Part shown: piece after piece, positions 38,005-48,387 of the stretch
Position numbering within the stretch: position 1 is the first letter of the stretch
Layout: each line of letters opens with the position of its first letter
Assembly (NCBI GenBank): GCA_003599235.1
Contig: QZJE01000007.1
Location: forward strand, 16,585-80,584
Direction of reading: 5' to 3'
DNA length: 64,000 nucleotides
DNA from: Actinomycetota bacterium
GTDB taxonomy: Bacteria > Actinomycetota > Aquicultoria > SURF-47
Program-made: the position numbers and the translations under genes
Notes under the pieces: generated by a model
What the model saw: only the letters and a program-made list of their open reading frames with translations
Told to the model about the DNA's origin: nothing
Database searches by the model: none

Positions 38005-38030
38005 GTACGGGCGTATTGCAATACGCCTCT
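38005..38030. repeat. REP-like palindrome in the hisZ leader
   Basis: GTACG followed by the perfect 18-bp palindrome GGCGTATTGCAATACGCC. Confidence 0.65.
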
Positions 38031-38056
38031 TCTGTTACTTAACATATCGGCATAAT

Positions 38057-38092
38057 TACTTTAATACTTTAATTCATTAAACTACTAAAGCA
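38057..38092. promoter_or_regulatory. HisR (TrpR/YerC-family)-like tandem operator
   Basis: TACTTTA-A-TACTTTA-N6-TAAACTA-C-TAAAGCA: four half-sites with 8-bp period, upstream of hisZ. Confidence 0.55.
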
Positions 38093-38100
38093 TACGGATG

Positions 38101-40923
38101 TCAAGATTTTTTTCGCTTAATTACAAATAACACGCTGCTTGCGATTACAAAAAACAAAGTCATTATGCTGATAAAGAACCCTACCCTAAATGATACCGGC
38201 TCGTAGCTAAAGATTACTGTATGTTTCCCTTTGTTTAACGGAACAGCTCTAAAGGCATAATTAGCCCTAAATATTTCTGCTTTTTTGCCGTCAACATAGA
38301 CGTTCCAACCAGGATAGTAGGTATCTGATAACAATAGCAATCCCTTTTTAGGAGTGCTTACTTTTATCTTTATCTCCTGTGGCTTGTATTTCTTAATTTG
38401 GGTGAGAGCTTTACCTTCGTAATTTTTTATTGCCCCGAAGTATTTTGGCTCCTTTTCGATGATGGGAGTTTGATAATCAAAATTGCTCTTTAATTCCTCG
38501 AGTATTTTGCCGCCGATAGATATCACCTTATAATTAAAAGCCATATAAGCACGGGGCATAACTTTTGTGTTCTGATAAACTGACAAATCTTTTTCATAGT
38601 AAACTAACTTATATCGGTCGGTTGGCTTTAAATATCTTGGCATCAATGCATAGCTGCCTTTTTTCTTATATCCGTTTTCATAACGGCTGCCGCCTTCAAT
38701 AAAAGGATCGCTATTGTAATAAGCAGCTACTTTGCGGCTCTTAGTTGCCGTAGGTGTCTCAAAAGTAAACAGATAAGTTTTACCCTTCGAGTTCTTGATG
38801 GGCTCAAAAAGGTATATGGCGTAAGTATTATCTCTGAATCGGTCGGTATCAGCTTTTGCAGACCTTATCTCTACCCATTGCCCCTTCTGCTTTTCATATA
38901 AATGATACTTAATTGGAATATTTACAACATTGCCAAAGGTGCCCACCAGATAATCGATTTCTGCTAAATCATTCTCGGTTGCTACAAAACTCTGCCCGTA
39001 AACATTCCTGCGCTTAATATCCTGAAAGCGGTCGGCTTTAATGATAACCGGCTGAGTAATATTGATATCAGAGGTATTGATAACATACTTTACATTTAAA
39101 AAATCCATTAATTTTGAGTTAATCATATTGGGCATAATAAAATTGGGCAGCTGCGGGGGTACGTTAAAGTCGGTAATTGTGGTTGCAAAATCAGCATAGC
39201 GCTTAATTAGCAAGGCATCCCTGCCCCTAACATCATAAAAACCGTATACCATGGGAATATTTGGAGACATCACATTAGATAGGGGTAGTACTCTAAAAAG
39301 CGACTTGTCCTTCTTAATATAATTGGTAATAGTAGTCGGCGGATAAACATAGTCTTTTTTAATATAGGAATTAAGATTTACTCCAAATAAAAATAAGTCT
39401 GCTACCAAAAAAACTAAAAAAGCGTTTTTAAGCCACTCTTTTGGTATCTTCATAAGATAACGCAATGTAAGCAGTATTGTTGCCAGGATAACTAACATAA
39501 ACTGAAAGCGATAAATTGATAGCACTGCTCTTAGGTTTTGTAAGGTCAAAGCGAACTTTATGAAAAGAGCTATGGCCCCTACATTGATTAAGCCAATTCC
39601 GGCTGCCATTCTAAGATTTGTTTTCTCCTCTAAAAATAACTGGTCGAAACCAACGGCAGCTAAATAAGCAAATGCAAAAGTCAAAGTATAAACAAAGCGC
39701 TGAGGAGGCTGGGTTGCAAAAATCGGTATCTTATATAATATTTTTCCAATCGCTAAGCTAAATATCAACAACAATGAATATAGGGAAACAATTACAAAAG
39801 CTAGGTGCTCTTTAAGTAACTTTCTGGTACTTACTGCTAAAAACACCAGGTAGGGAGTAAGCAACCCCATATAAGTCGACATTTCAATAAAATTATAACG
39901 ATACAGCCCAGTCCAAAAACCATCCTTTAAGTTTCCAAAAAGAAACGGAAATATCATCAAAACAACTGATGTTAGCGGCAATCCGTTGCTAGTGTAGCCA
40001 GAAGCCGTTCTGGCTTCATATTGGTAAGTAAGCTTCATAAACTCTACTCCCGGCACCAAGAAGATAGCAGCTAAAAGCAAACTAACAAACACTGCCAGAA
40101 TAAATAAAAAAAATTTCTTTAGTACTTCCTGCCCTCTAACCTGGTAGAGTCTCGCCAGGCAGTAAATACCTAATAGAAGAAAGCTCTGAACTGTGCTTCC
40201 CGGGTGGCCGGCAAATATTAAAAAAGCAAGAGCTAGACTTAAACCCATACAATCAAGATAATTGCCGTTTCTTATGATGCGCTCGCCAAAAAGTAAAATC
40301 AGCGGAAGCCAAATAGCCACGCTGGTGTGAGGCCAATTCAACCAGTTGATAAAAAAGGCAGAAAAGATGTAGACGCAAGCCCCAAAAACAGAGGCTTTAT
40401 GGCTAAGCCGGTACTGCTTTAAAAACAGATACATAAAAACACCGGCTAAAAACAACTTAAAAAAAGCTACAATATTAAGAGCTAGCGCAGGAGAAGTTAC
40501 ATAGAAAAATATGTTTATCGGATCCAGCACTCCTGATTGCCAGTTAGCAAAAAGCGGTGCTCCGCATAAAATATATGGGTTCCATAAAGGGAAAAAACCG
40601 CCGGAGAATGCCACTTTCATAAAATAATGCCAGGGGAAAAAAGCGGTTACCGGATCTCCTAATAAGCGGTTATGGATGGGCAATATTTTGCTTAAAATTG
40701 CCGGGTTAGTATATGACCATGGAGGCCATTGGTAAATTATGTCGCCCGGGAAAAAGGAATACCCTAAGAAAATACGGTACAAAAACAAGCAGACGACAAC
40801 TAAAATAAAGATAAACCCGAACTTGTTCTTTAATAAGAAATTTTGAAGTTTGCTAGATACGATTTTTAACAAACCTTGCCCCGCGTCTAACTGTTTCTTT
40901 AAAACCGTAACTGCTGTATACAT
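38101..40923 (-). CDS. YfhO-family (GT-C) membrane glycosyltransferase
   Basis: PLWNPY..CGAPL, many TM helices, and C-terminal SDTYYPGW..YVDG..RANYAFRAV. The true start may be TTG 40872. Confidence 0.8.
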   Translation of the reverse strand: MYTAVTVLKKQLDAGQGLLKIVSSKLQNFLLKNKFGFIFILVVVCLFLYRIFLGYSFFPGDIIYQWPPWSYTNPAILSKILPIHNRLLGDPVTAFFPWHYFMKVAFSGGFFPLWNPYILCGAPLFANWQSGVLDPINIFFYVTSPALALNIVAFFKLFLAGVFMYLFLKQYRLSHKASVFGACVYIFSAFFINWLNWPHTSVAIWLPLILLFGERIIRNGNYLDCMGLSLALAFLIFAGHPGSTVQSFLLLGIYCLARLYQVRGQEVLKKFFLFILAVFVSLLLAAIFLVPGVEFMKLTYQYEARTASGYTSNGLPLTSVVLMIFPFLFGNLKDGFWTGLYRYNFIEMSTYMGLLTPYLVFLAVSTRKLLKEHLAFVIVSLYSLLLIFSLAIGKILYKIPIFATQPPQRFVYTLTFAFAYLAAVGFDQLFLEEKTNLRMAAGIGLINVGAIALFIKFALTLQNLRAVLSIYRFQFMLVILATILLTLRYLMKIPKEWLKNAFLVFLVADLFLFGVNLNSYIKKDYVYPPTTITNYIKKDKSLFRVLPLSNVMSPNIPMVYGFYDVRGRDALLIKRYADFATTITDFNVPPQLPNFIMPNMINSKLMDFLNVKYVINTSDINITQPVIIKADRFQDIKRRNVYGQSFVATENDLAEIDYLVGTFGNVVNIPIKYHLYEKQKGQWVEIRSAKADTDRFRDNTYAIYLFEPIKNSKGKTYLFTFETPTATKSRKVAAYYNSDPFIEGGSRYENGYKKKGSYALMPRYLKPTDRYKLVYYEKDLSVYQNTKVMPRAYMAFNYKVISIGGKILEELKSNFDYQTPIIEKEPKYFGAIKNYEGKALTQIKKYKPQEIKIKVSTPKKGLLLLSDTYYPGWNVYVDGKKAEIFRANYAFRAVPLNKGKHTVIFSYEPVSFRVGFFISIMTLFFVIASSVLFVIKRKKS

Positions 40924-43345
40924 CCCTTAATTTTCTGATGTAATGGCGCTTTGATGAATTAGTAACTGCAGCCATAGGAGCCGGATTATATGATGCCAGT
41001 AACTTTGGAGAATACTGGCCGAACTTGTCAGGAGCAATCATAGGATTGGCACAAAACGGAATTAGCGGAGCAACCGCTTTCTCCCAACTATATTCACAAG
41101 CAACTTCTATTAAGTTATCCTTGCACTTCTGATATAACTTCTGATCTTCAAGCAAAGTAATAATAGCTTCAGCAATGGAGCTCGGATCATCTTCTTTAAC
41201 TGTTATGCCAAGAGTTTTTTGCTCGATTAAATCCGATATTGCGTCCCCCTGAGTTGAGATTACCGGCAAGTTAGCCCAGATGTAATCCAGAATGCGGGTT
41301 CTAAAAGAAAACCTGGTTTCTATATGGTTAAAGTGAGTGCTAATACCAATATCGGCATCAAGTAAAAAGTTAGCTCTGTCTGCATATTCTACCCAGCCAA
41401 AGTTAAAAAATACTGTTTGATCGTATAAACCAAGCTCTTTGGCAAGCTCAACAGCCCTTAAACACATCTCCATCTCTGGCACATTGGGATTTGGGTGTTT
41501 TACCCCCATAAAATATAACTTAATATCAGTTCTTTTAGAGCCGATTAACTCCATAGCTTTTATTAAAGACAACGGATCGAACCAGTTATAAACTCCGCCA
41601 CCCCATAAAATAACCTTGTCACTCATACCGATACCCGGAACAGTACCTTTGATAGCTTTTCTGGTCTGGGTGGGCTCAGCTGAGGGAATACCGAATGGAA
41701 CCACATCAATTAATGATTTTAAACTAACATCGCTATCATACGTCTGAGGGTTTATCCGGCCCAGGGCACTTAAGTTTCCAATCCAGAAATCTTTTTGTTT
41801 CTCTGAGGCACAAACAAAGAAATCGCCCCGCTCTAACTGGAAGCGGTGAGCTCTTAGCGCTAAATCACATTCAGTAAAGCGGCGGTCGATATCAAGCTGT
41901 TTATGCTGCTCTAAAAGAGATAAAACAAAAGGGTCATAAATATCGACAACCAGGGGTTTATCTATATCAATAAGATACGGACTAGCTGCTAAAGTCATCC
42001 CCTGGCAGATAATCACGTCGTGTTCTTCAGCCATTTCCTTAACATCTTTAGCCCATTGATATTGCTTTACGGTAAACATCGGATGCTGCATGGGATCCTC
42101 ATTGGGCACGGCCAGTGTTACTTCAAAATCTTTGCTTAGCACGTTAGCAATCTCAAAACACCTGATGCCTGGCCCGGCCATTTTCTCTGCCACTACCTCG
42201 TTTGTAAGTATCATAACCTTGGTAGCCTTTGGCTTTAAAAAGATGTCATATATACCCAGGGCATGCTGGATATCTATCTGGGCGTTTTGATATTCCTCTC
42301 CTTGAAAAATAGAGAAAAATATCTCGCCGAACAATTTAAAAAGTGAAGTATCGGAGCGCTTCCTTAAAGCTTGGACTTTCTTTCTTTTTTCTTTAAGGCC
42401 AGGCAGTTGGCGGATAAAATCCTCCACCGCTAGAATATAGCTTACCCCTAGTTTAGGAACATCGGTTTTCTCCCCTGTGGCTTCAGAGCCTATACGGTAA
42501 TCATCAACTTTTTCTTTTAAGCACAGAGCTGCCCTTTTATTTAATAGCAAAAGAACCGCCGGCAAAACTTTTTCTAGTACTTGGTCGCTATAGTTTTTGT
42601 AGATGGTAGCTAATGCATTGCGCTCATATAATAACTGCAATTTTTCCTGGCCAATTTTGCTTGAGGTTCCATGGTGACGGTGGTAAGCAACTGATGTCGG
42701 CACAAAAAGCACCTTGTACCCGGCCAGCCAAAGACGCCAGCCAAAATCCACATCTTCGTAGAAGGCAAAATAGTCTTCGTCGAAACCGCCAACTTTTAGA
42801 AAAACATCCCTGTTAACCAGCATTGAGCCGCCGTTTACAAAAAGCATGTAACGGGGTTCGTTATACTCGTTTTTTCTAAGCGGTTTTTCGAAATCAATTT
42901 GGAACCCGCGCCCTTCAAAGTTCATCATCCCTAAAACAAAGTCTATCTTCTTGCCCTCCCAATCAAGAACTTTAGAGCCGGTGCACGCTAATTCGCTATC
43001 ACTTATCAAAGGTTTAGCTAGTTCTGTTAGCCAATCTTTTTCTACTTTCATATCGTTATTAAGCAAGGCGATATGGCTACCGGTTGCTACTTTGGCTCCC
43101 TGATTGACAGCCGGGGCAAACCCTTTGTTTTCTTTGTTAGAAACTACCTTTACTTCCGGGAAGTCTTTGGCCAGTAACTCAACTGAGCCGTCTGTGCTGT
43201 CGTTATCGACTACCACAACCTCTACTTTTTCCTTAGGGTAATCGAGCTCCTTTAAAGAATTAAGGCAGGTGGGAAGATGCTTAATGCCGTTATAATTAAC
43301 CAAAATAATGCTAACCTTAGGAAGATTTAACATAAGTTTAGCCAT
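40853..43345 (-). CDS. Two-domain glycosyltransferase (GT2 rhamnosyltransferase-like + GT4-like)
   Basis: VDNDSTDGS, LLNND and FYEDVD. C-terminal GT-B part with ETRFSFRTRILDY. Confidence 0.85.
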   Translation of the reverse strand: MAKLMLNLPKVSIILVNYNGIKHLPTCLNSLKELDYPKEKVEVVVVDNDSTDGSVELLAKDFPEVKVVSNKENKGFAPAVNQGAKVATGSHIALLNNDMKVEKDWLTELAKPLISDSELACTGSKVLDWEGKKIDFVLGMMNFEGRGFQIDFEKPLRKNEYNEPRYMLFVNGGSMLVNRDVFLKVGGFDEDYFAFYEDVDFGWRLWLAGYKVLFVPTSVAYHRHHGTSSKIGQEKLQLLYERNALATIYKNYSDQVLEKVLPAVLLLLNKRAALCLKEKVDDYRIGSEATGEKTDVPKLGVSYILAVEDFIRQLPGLKEKRKKVQALRKRSDTSLFKLFGEIFFSIFQGEEYQNAQIDIQHALGIYDIFLKPKATKVMILTNEVVAEKMAGPGIRCFEIANVLSKDFEVTLAVPNEDPMQHPMFTVKQYQWAKDVKEMAEEHDVIICQGMTLAASPYLIDIDKPLVVDIYDPFVLSLLEQHKQLDIDRRFTECDLALRAHRFQLERGDFFVCASEKQKDFWIGNLSALGRINPQTYDSDVSLKSLIDVVPFGIPSAEPTQTRKAIKGTVPGIGMSDKVILWGGGVYNWFDPLSLIKAMELIGSKRTDIKLYFMGVKHPNPNVPEMEMCLRAVELAKELGLYDQTVFFNFGWVEYADRANFLLDADIGISTHFNHIETRFSFRTRILDYIWANLPVISTQGDAISDLIEQKTLGITVKEDDPSSIAEAIITLLEDQKLYQKCKDNLIEVACEYSWEKAVAPLIPFCANPMIAPDKFGQYSPKLLASYNPAPMAAVTNSSKRHYIRKLRDVYSSYGFKETVRRGARFVKNRI

Positions 43346-44375
43346 TGTTTTTCCTCCCCATACCTTTTACTTTTGAATAGACTTTGTAAGGAGTAGCGTT
43401 TTGGATTTTAGCCATCCATTCCTCGAGGTTGCGAATATGCTGCTCTTTGTCACGGATAATAGCCTCTAAGTTGGTTATATGAACATCTTTTTCTTTAAGC
43501 ATTATATGTACTCTTTCTAATTCGCCTACCATGGCTTCCATTTTTTCCTGATGTTTTAGGTTAAGCAAAGACAGCAACATGGAAAAATCGTTAAAAAAGT
43601 TTTTGTTTTCAGCTGAGCTTAAATTATCAAACTTTTTTTGCACAGCATCCAGAGGATCCTTTTTCTTTGAAGCCACAATTACCGTCCGGTAACTGGGATT
43701 TCTATGATCGCTTTCGTAATAATTTTGGTTGTAGAACCTGTCTAATAATTGATGTAATTTTTCCGAATCATTTAAAGACTGTACATACATTTTAGCCACC
43801 TGCATAGGAAGCCAATTATATAAATAGCCGCTGGGAATAGTTATCTTAGAAAAGCCACTGTCAGAAAAATATGAGACAACTTCGTTTAATTGGGGCAAAC
43901 CATTATCTAAGTGTTCTTTAAGAATTTGGAACTCTGATTTAAAAGTGCTTAAGAAGAACTGATATGTGATTTCTTCGGCTAGACGGTTATTTTCACTAAA
44001 GTAAGGAGCGATTAAAATAACGTAATTCTTACTTACTCTTGCCAGCTCAGAAAGAAATGCGTCTCTTTTAGAAGCCTCAACATGCTCTAGGGTGTCTAAG
44101 CTGCATACTAAATCGAAGGAGTTATCATCAAAGCTAAGTTTAGCCCCATCTCCCTTCACATAATTTACACTAGTCCGCTCTTTAGGAAGGTCGCTTTTAT
44201 TGTAAACATCTAAAACAGTAATATTGTTATGACTTAAGAAATCGGTGATTACTCCCGGAAAACCGCCTACATCTAATATCTTTAGTTTTTGGCCGTCTTT
44301 TAAAGCGCTAACAATCTCGGCTACATCACGGTAGCGCTGATACATATCAAACGGTAGATTAAGTAAGTCTGTCAT
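43338..44375 (-). CDS. Class I SAM methyltransferase with C-terminal coiled coil
   Basis: ILDVGG and DTLEHV, followed by a heptad-repeat tail. Start set at the ATGA overlap with wzt. Confidence 0.8.
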   Translation of the reverse strand: MTDLLNLPFDMYQRYRDVAEIVSALKDGQKLKILDVGGFPGVITDFLSHNNITVLDVYNKSDLPKERTSVNYVKGDGAKLSFDDNSFDLVCSLDTLEHVEASKRDAFLSELARVSKNYVILIAPYFSENNRLAEEITYQFFLSTFKSEFQILKEHLDNGLPQLNEVVSYFSDSGFSKITIPSGYLYNWLPMQVAKMYVQSLNDSEKLHQLLDRFYNQNYYESDHRNPSYRTVIVASKKKDPLDAVQKKFDNLSSAENKNFFNDFSMLLSLLNLKHQEKMEAMVGELERVHIMLKEKDVHITNLEAIIRDKEQHIRNLEEWMAKIQNATPYKVYSKVKGMGRKNNG

Positions 44376-45616
44376 TTTATGCTCCAACTTGCCGGTATAT
44401 GAACTATACCGAACCCTTCCTTAATAACCCCTGATTCTATCTCAAAAAAATACATTTCATCATGATGGTCATAAGGGTGCAAACAGCTATGGTCGTATAT
44501 GGCAGCTGAAAAAAGATAGCCTCCTTTTAATAAAGGCAAGGATTTTACCGTGTAATCAACGTAGCCTTCGCCTTTTATTTTATCTATCTTGATATCAGCT
44601 ACTTTTGTATTAGGCCCGGTTATGTGAGCTCCGTCTTGTCTGTGAATAGCTACCCCAAAAACAGGTTTATCAATTTCCTGGTGACACTTATAATAGATTC
44701 TAGCCCTCAAGCTATCGGTTGTCTTAAACCGGCTTTTTTTCTTGCCATCCTGGTCAAAGAACTCAACCCCGGTGATTTCTGCTTCTTTTGAGCCCCACCT
44801 GCGGCCATATTTGCCGATTTTCTCCGCTTTGTGCTCTGCGCTTTCCTCTTCCTGCTTATTAATACTGTCAAGGTAAGCGTCTACTACCTTAGCAGCTTTA
44901 CCAAGCTCTTGAGGCTTACCATTATCCAACCACAGAATCCTGTCACAAAGGTTTCTCATCTCCTCAAGGGCATGTGAAACAATTATAATGGTTTTGTTAG
45001 ACTTTTTGAACTCGAGTATCTTCTGATTACAGCGATGCTGGAAATGCTCATCGCCAACCGCTAATACTTCGTCAATTACCAGTATGTCTGGGTCCACATT
45101 AATAGCCACCGCAAAACCAAGGCGGATAAACATCCCCGATGAATAATGCTTTACCGGAGTATCGATAAACTTTTCCAGCTCAGCAAACTCTACTATTTCA
45201 TCAAACATCATATCGATTTGCTTTCTTTTCATCCCCAAGATAGATCCGTTAAGATAAACATTTTCCCGGCCGGTAAGCTCTGGGTGAAAACCAGCTCCCA
45301 ACTCCAGCAAACCCGATATTTTTCCCATAGTTTGTATTGAGCCGCTGGTCGGAGTATAGACCTTGGTTAAAATCTTAAGCAAAGTGCTTTTCCCGGAGCC
45401 GTTTTCGCCTATGATGCCGAAAGATTCCCCTTCGTTAACATCAAATGAAACATTTTTTAGGGCCCAAAACTCTTCAAAACTGCGCTTTTTTTGACGGCGC
45501 AAAGCAGCTTCCTTAAAGCTCCTGCTTCTGTCGCGATATAAACGAAAGCTTTTCGATACGTCTTTTACTTGAGCTGCTAACCCCTTTTCGGAGGCAGAAT
45601 TCTTGGTTACAAACAT
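44372..45616 (-). CDS. wzt: Glycan ABC exporter ATPase with C-terminal carbohydrate-binding domain
   Basis: GENGSGKST, YSSGM, DEVLAVGD, and a Wzt_C-like extension. Confidence 0.92.
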   Translation of the reverse strand: MFVTKNSASEKGLAAQVKDVSKSFRLYRDRSRSFKEAALRRQKKRSFEEFWALKNVSFDVNEGESFGIIGENGSGKSTLLKILTKVYTPTSGSIQTMGKISGLLELGAGFHPELTGRENVYLNGSILGMKRKQIDMMFDEIVEFAELEKFIDTPVKHYSSGMFIRLGFAVAINVDPDILVIDEVLAVGDEHFQHRCNQKILEFKKSNKTIIIVSHALEEMRNLCDRILWLDNGKPQELGKAAKVVDAYLDSINKQEEESAEHKAEKIGKYGRRWGSKEAEITGVEFFDQDGKKKSRFKTTDSLRARIYYKCHQEIDKPVFGVAIHRQDGAHITGPNTKVADIKIDKIKGEGYVDYTVKSLPLLKGGYLFSAAIYDHSCLHPYDHHDEMYFFEIESGVIKEGFGIVHIPASWSIK

Positions 45617-46459
45617 CTATATTTCACCTGCAATCTTTTCTTCTTGTTTTTTAAAGAAAGCATAACTGATAAGGAAAAACACTGCAGAGAAAATGCCAGT
45701 ATAGGCTAGTAATTTTAGGCTAGGAATCTCAACAAAATATAGTACTCGTTGATAAATCAAAATAATCGAAGCCATAGGATTAAGCTTATAGACAAAGGGC
45801 ACCCAGCTTAAGTTGTAATGAGTAGCAGCTGTAGATAATTGCTCTACCTTAATAAATGGATAAATAATAGGGCAAGCCCAAAACCAAATCATAAGCATTA
45901 TGTTGAGCAAGTGCTTTGTATCTCTAAAAAAAACATTGGAATAAGAGGCCAGTAAAGACATCCCTAAGATAAAAAAGCTTTCGATAATTATTATTAGAAT
46001 TAAAACCGGTATCATCGGATAAAAATAGAAACCAAATATGGTTAAGAAAACAAAAAGGACGGATAGCTCAATGCCAAAAGTAACCAAATTAGCTAATACT
46101 GAGGCAAAAGGAATAATTTCGCGGGGAAAATATATCTTTTTAACTAATCCCCCGGAGTCTACCAGCGAGCCTACTGACATCACCAGGGAATTAGAAAAAT
46201 AATTCCAGGCCAACAAACCGCTTATTAAAAAAACAGCAAAACTGGTTTTGCCATGATAACCGGGGTATGAAAGCAGCGCATTGTCCATCCCCATCACCTT
46301 TCCGGCGATAATTGAATAAACAGCAACTAAGACCAGGGGGTTAGCAAAAGACCACAGAAAGCCAAAAACACTGCGTTTATACTTAACCTTAAGTTCCCTG
46401 CTTATTAAATTAAATAAAAGCTCTCTATGTTCTATTAATTGTTTGAAATTGCTAATCAA
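45617..46459 (-). CDS. wzm: Glycan ABC exporter permease
   Basis: ELKVKYKRS..G.LWS..NP, KIYFPRE and LNP. Confidence 0.92.
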   Translation of the reverse strand: MISNFKQLIEHRELLFNLISRELKVKYKRSVFGFLWSFANPLVLVAVYSIIAGKVMGMDNALLSYPGYHGKTSFAVFLISGLLAWNYFSNSLVMSVGSLVDSGGLVKKIYFPREIIPFASVLANLVTFGIELSVLFVFLTIFGFYFYPMIPVLILIIIIESFFILGMSLLASYSNVFFRDTKHLLNIMLMIWFWACPIIYPFIKVEQLSTAATHYNLSWVPFVYKLNPMASIILIYQRVLYFVEIPSLKLLAYTGIFSAVFFLISYAFFKKQEEKIAGEI

Positions 46460-46526
46460 TATCCACCATCAAAGTTTTGGATTAAATAAGATACATTACG
46501 GTAGTATTTTACCATAGATAGTTAAA

Positions 46527-46577
46527 AGGGCAGGCATCAACCTGCCCCTACAGTAGGGGCGAGATACTTCTCGCCCT
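46527..46577. repeat. Inverted doublet of GTAG-type REP elements
   Basis: GTAGGGGCAGGTTGATGCCTGCCCT (minus) and GTAGGGGCGAGATACTTCTCGCCCT (plus), back-to-back with a 1-nt spacer. Confidence 0.75.
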
Positions 46578-46582
46578 AAACT

Positions 46583-47431
46583 TTATTCTCCAGCCAGGTA
46601 TTCAGCCAGTGCTTCCTGCCAAGGCCTTAATAGCTTAAAGCCTCGAAGTTCTAGCGAGTAATTTTTTAGCACCGAATAAGCCGGACGGGGTGCCGGGCGG
46701 GGAAAATCGTCAGTAGTACAAGGCTCAACATGGGTAGTGATGCCTTTTTGCTTAAATATTTCTTTGGTAAAGCTGTACCAGGAACAACTTTCTTGATTAG
46801 TAACATGATACAAACCAAACTGGCCAGATTTAACGATTTCAATACACTTTGAGGCTAAATCCTTAGAGTATGTAGGAGAGCCAATTTGGTCATCAACTAC
46901 CTTTAAACTCGGCTTTTCTTGGCCTAGGGCAATCATAGTTCTTACAAAGTTCTTGCCTTGGCCGTAAACCCAGGCTGTTCTTACAATATAGTAGCGGGTA
47001 AGCAAGCTTTGAATATAGCGCTCTCCTGCCAGCTTCGAACGCCCGTAGATACTTTGGGGGGCCGGATCGTCAAACTCTGAGTAAGGCTCGATGGCTTGCC
47101 CGTCAAAAACATAATCCGTACTTACGTATAAGCAAGGGATGTTTTGTGCTTGGCAAGCCAAAGCGATATTTTGAGTGCCCACTGCATTTACCTTGTAGGC
47201 AAGATCGGGGTTTTGTTGACATCCGTCTACGTCAGTATAAGCTGCCGGATGAAGAACAATATCTGGTTTGGCTTCATCAAAGGCCTGATTAACTGCCCTT
47301 AAGTCTGTGATATCTAAGATATGCGAAGCAGCAGTTCCTTCTAAATCACAAGCATAAACTTCATCTTCTTTAAGAAGTTCTAAAAACTCCAATCCAAGCT
47401 GGCCAGCACTTCCGGTAACTAAGATCCTCAT
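46583..47431 (-). CDS. rmlD: dTDP-4-dehydrorhamnose reductase
   Basis: GSAGQLG, STDYVFDG, YGRSK and PAPRP. Confidence 0.95.
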   Translation of the reverse strand: MRILVTGSAGQLGLEFLELLKEDEVYACDLEGTAASHILDITDLRAVNQAFDEAKPDIVLHPAAYTDVDGCQQNPDLAYKVNAVGTQNIALACQAQNIPCLYVSTDYVFDGQAIEPYSEFDDPAPQSIYGRSKLAGERYIQSLLTRYYIVRTAWVYGQGKNFVRTMIALGQEKPSLKVVDDQIGSPTYSKDLASKCIEIVKSGQFGLYHVTNQESCSWYSFTKEIFKQKGITTHVEPCTTDDFPRPAPRPAYSVLKNYSLELRGFKLLRPWQEALAEYLAGE

Positions 47432-48387
47432 TTTTTAAGCGGTCTCCACCACCACTCGTTTTCTAAGTACCATTTAACTGTTTCTTCTAAAGCTTGTTTA
47501 AAGTTTCTTTTAGGCTGCCAGCCAAGCTCTTTAATCTTATCCACTGCTATTGAATAACGAAAATCATGGCCCAGCCTGTCATCTACATAAGTTATCAAAC
47601 TTTCCGGCTTACCCATTATCCCTAGAATTTCCTTGGTAATCTCCATGTTGGGAGTTTCGTTCCCCGCACCCAAGTTGTAAATCTCGCCTTCCTTACCTTT
47701 ATGTAATACTACATCTAACCCACGGCAGTTATCCTCGACATAAAGCCAATCGCGCATATTCTCTCCGCTGCCATACACCGGCAAGGGTTTATCCTCCATT
47801 GCATTAGTTACAAAAAGAGGAATTAATTTTTCCGGATACTGATAAGGGCCAAAATTGTTAGAGCTCCTGGTGATTATTACCGGATATTTATAGGTAATAA
47901 AGTAAGACATCGCTAGCAAATCGCCGCCGGCTTTACTTGACGAATAAGGGCTGCTGGGAGTTAAGCAATCAGTTTCCTTAAAAGAGCCTTCTTTTATAGA
48001 GCCATAAACCTCATCAGTTGATATTTGAATAAAACGAGGCACTTTAGCAGCTTTTGCAATATTTAGCAGATTATTTACCCCTAATACATTAGTTCTGACA
48101 AACTCATCAGGATGAGTAATTGAGCGGTCTACGTGGGACTCAGCTGCAAAGCTAACGACGGCATCTATGCTGCCGTCGATTATCTCGGATACTAGCTTAG
48201 CGTCGCAGATATCTCCTTTAATAAAAGAGTAGTTAGAGTTGTCTTCTAAGCCTTTTAGGTTATCTATATTGCCAGCATAAGTCAGCTTATCAAGGTTAAT
48301 AATTTTATAATCAGGGTGCTGTTTTAGCATTAGTCGAACAAAATTACTACCTATAAAACCAGCTCCACCAGTAACTAAGATTTTCAT
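47428..48387 (-). CDS. rmlB: dTDP-glucose 4,6-dehydratase
   Basis: GGAGFIG, AAESHVDRS, STDEVYG and YSSSK. Confidence 0.96.
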   Translation of the reverse strand: MKILVTGGAGFIGSNFVRLMLKQHPDYKIINLDKLTYAGNIDNLKGLEDNSNYSFIKGDICDAKLVSEIIDGSIDAVVSFAAESHVDRSITHPDEFVRTNVLGVNNLLNIAKAAKVPRFIQISTDEVYGSIKEGSFKETDCLTPSSPYSSSKAGGDLLAMSYFITYKYPVIITRSSNNFGPYQYPEKLIPLFVTNAMEDKPLPVYGSGENMRDWLYVEDNCRGLDVVLHKGKEGEIYNLGAGNETPNMEITKEILGIMGKPESLITYVDDRLGHDFRYSIAVDKIKELGWQPKRNFKQALEETVKWYLENEWWWRPLKK

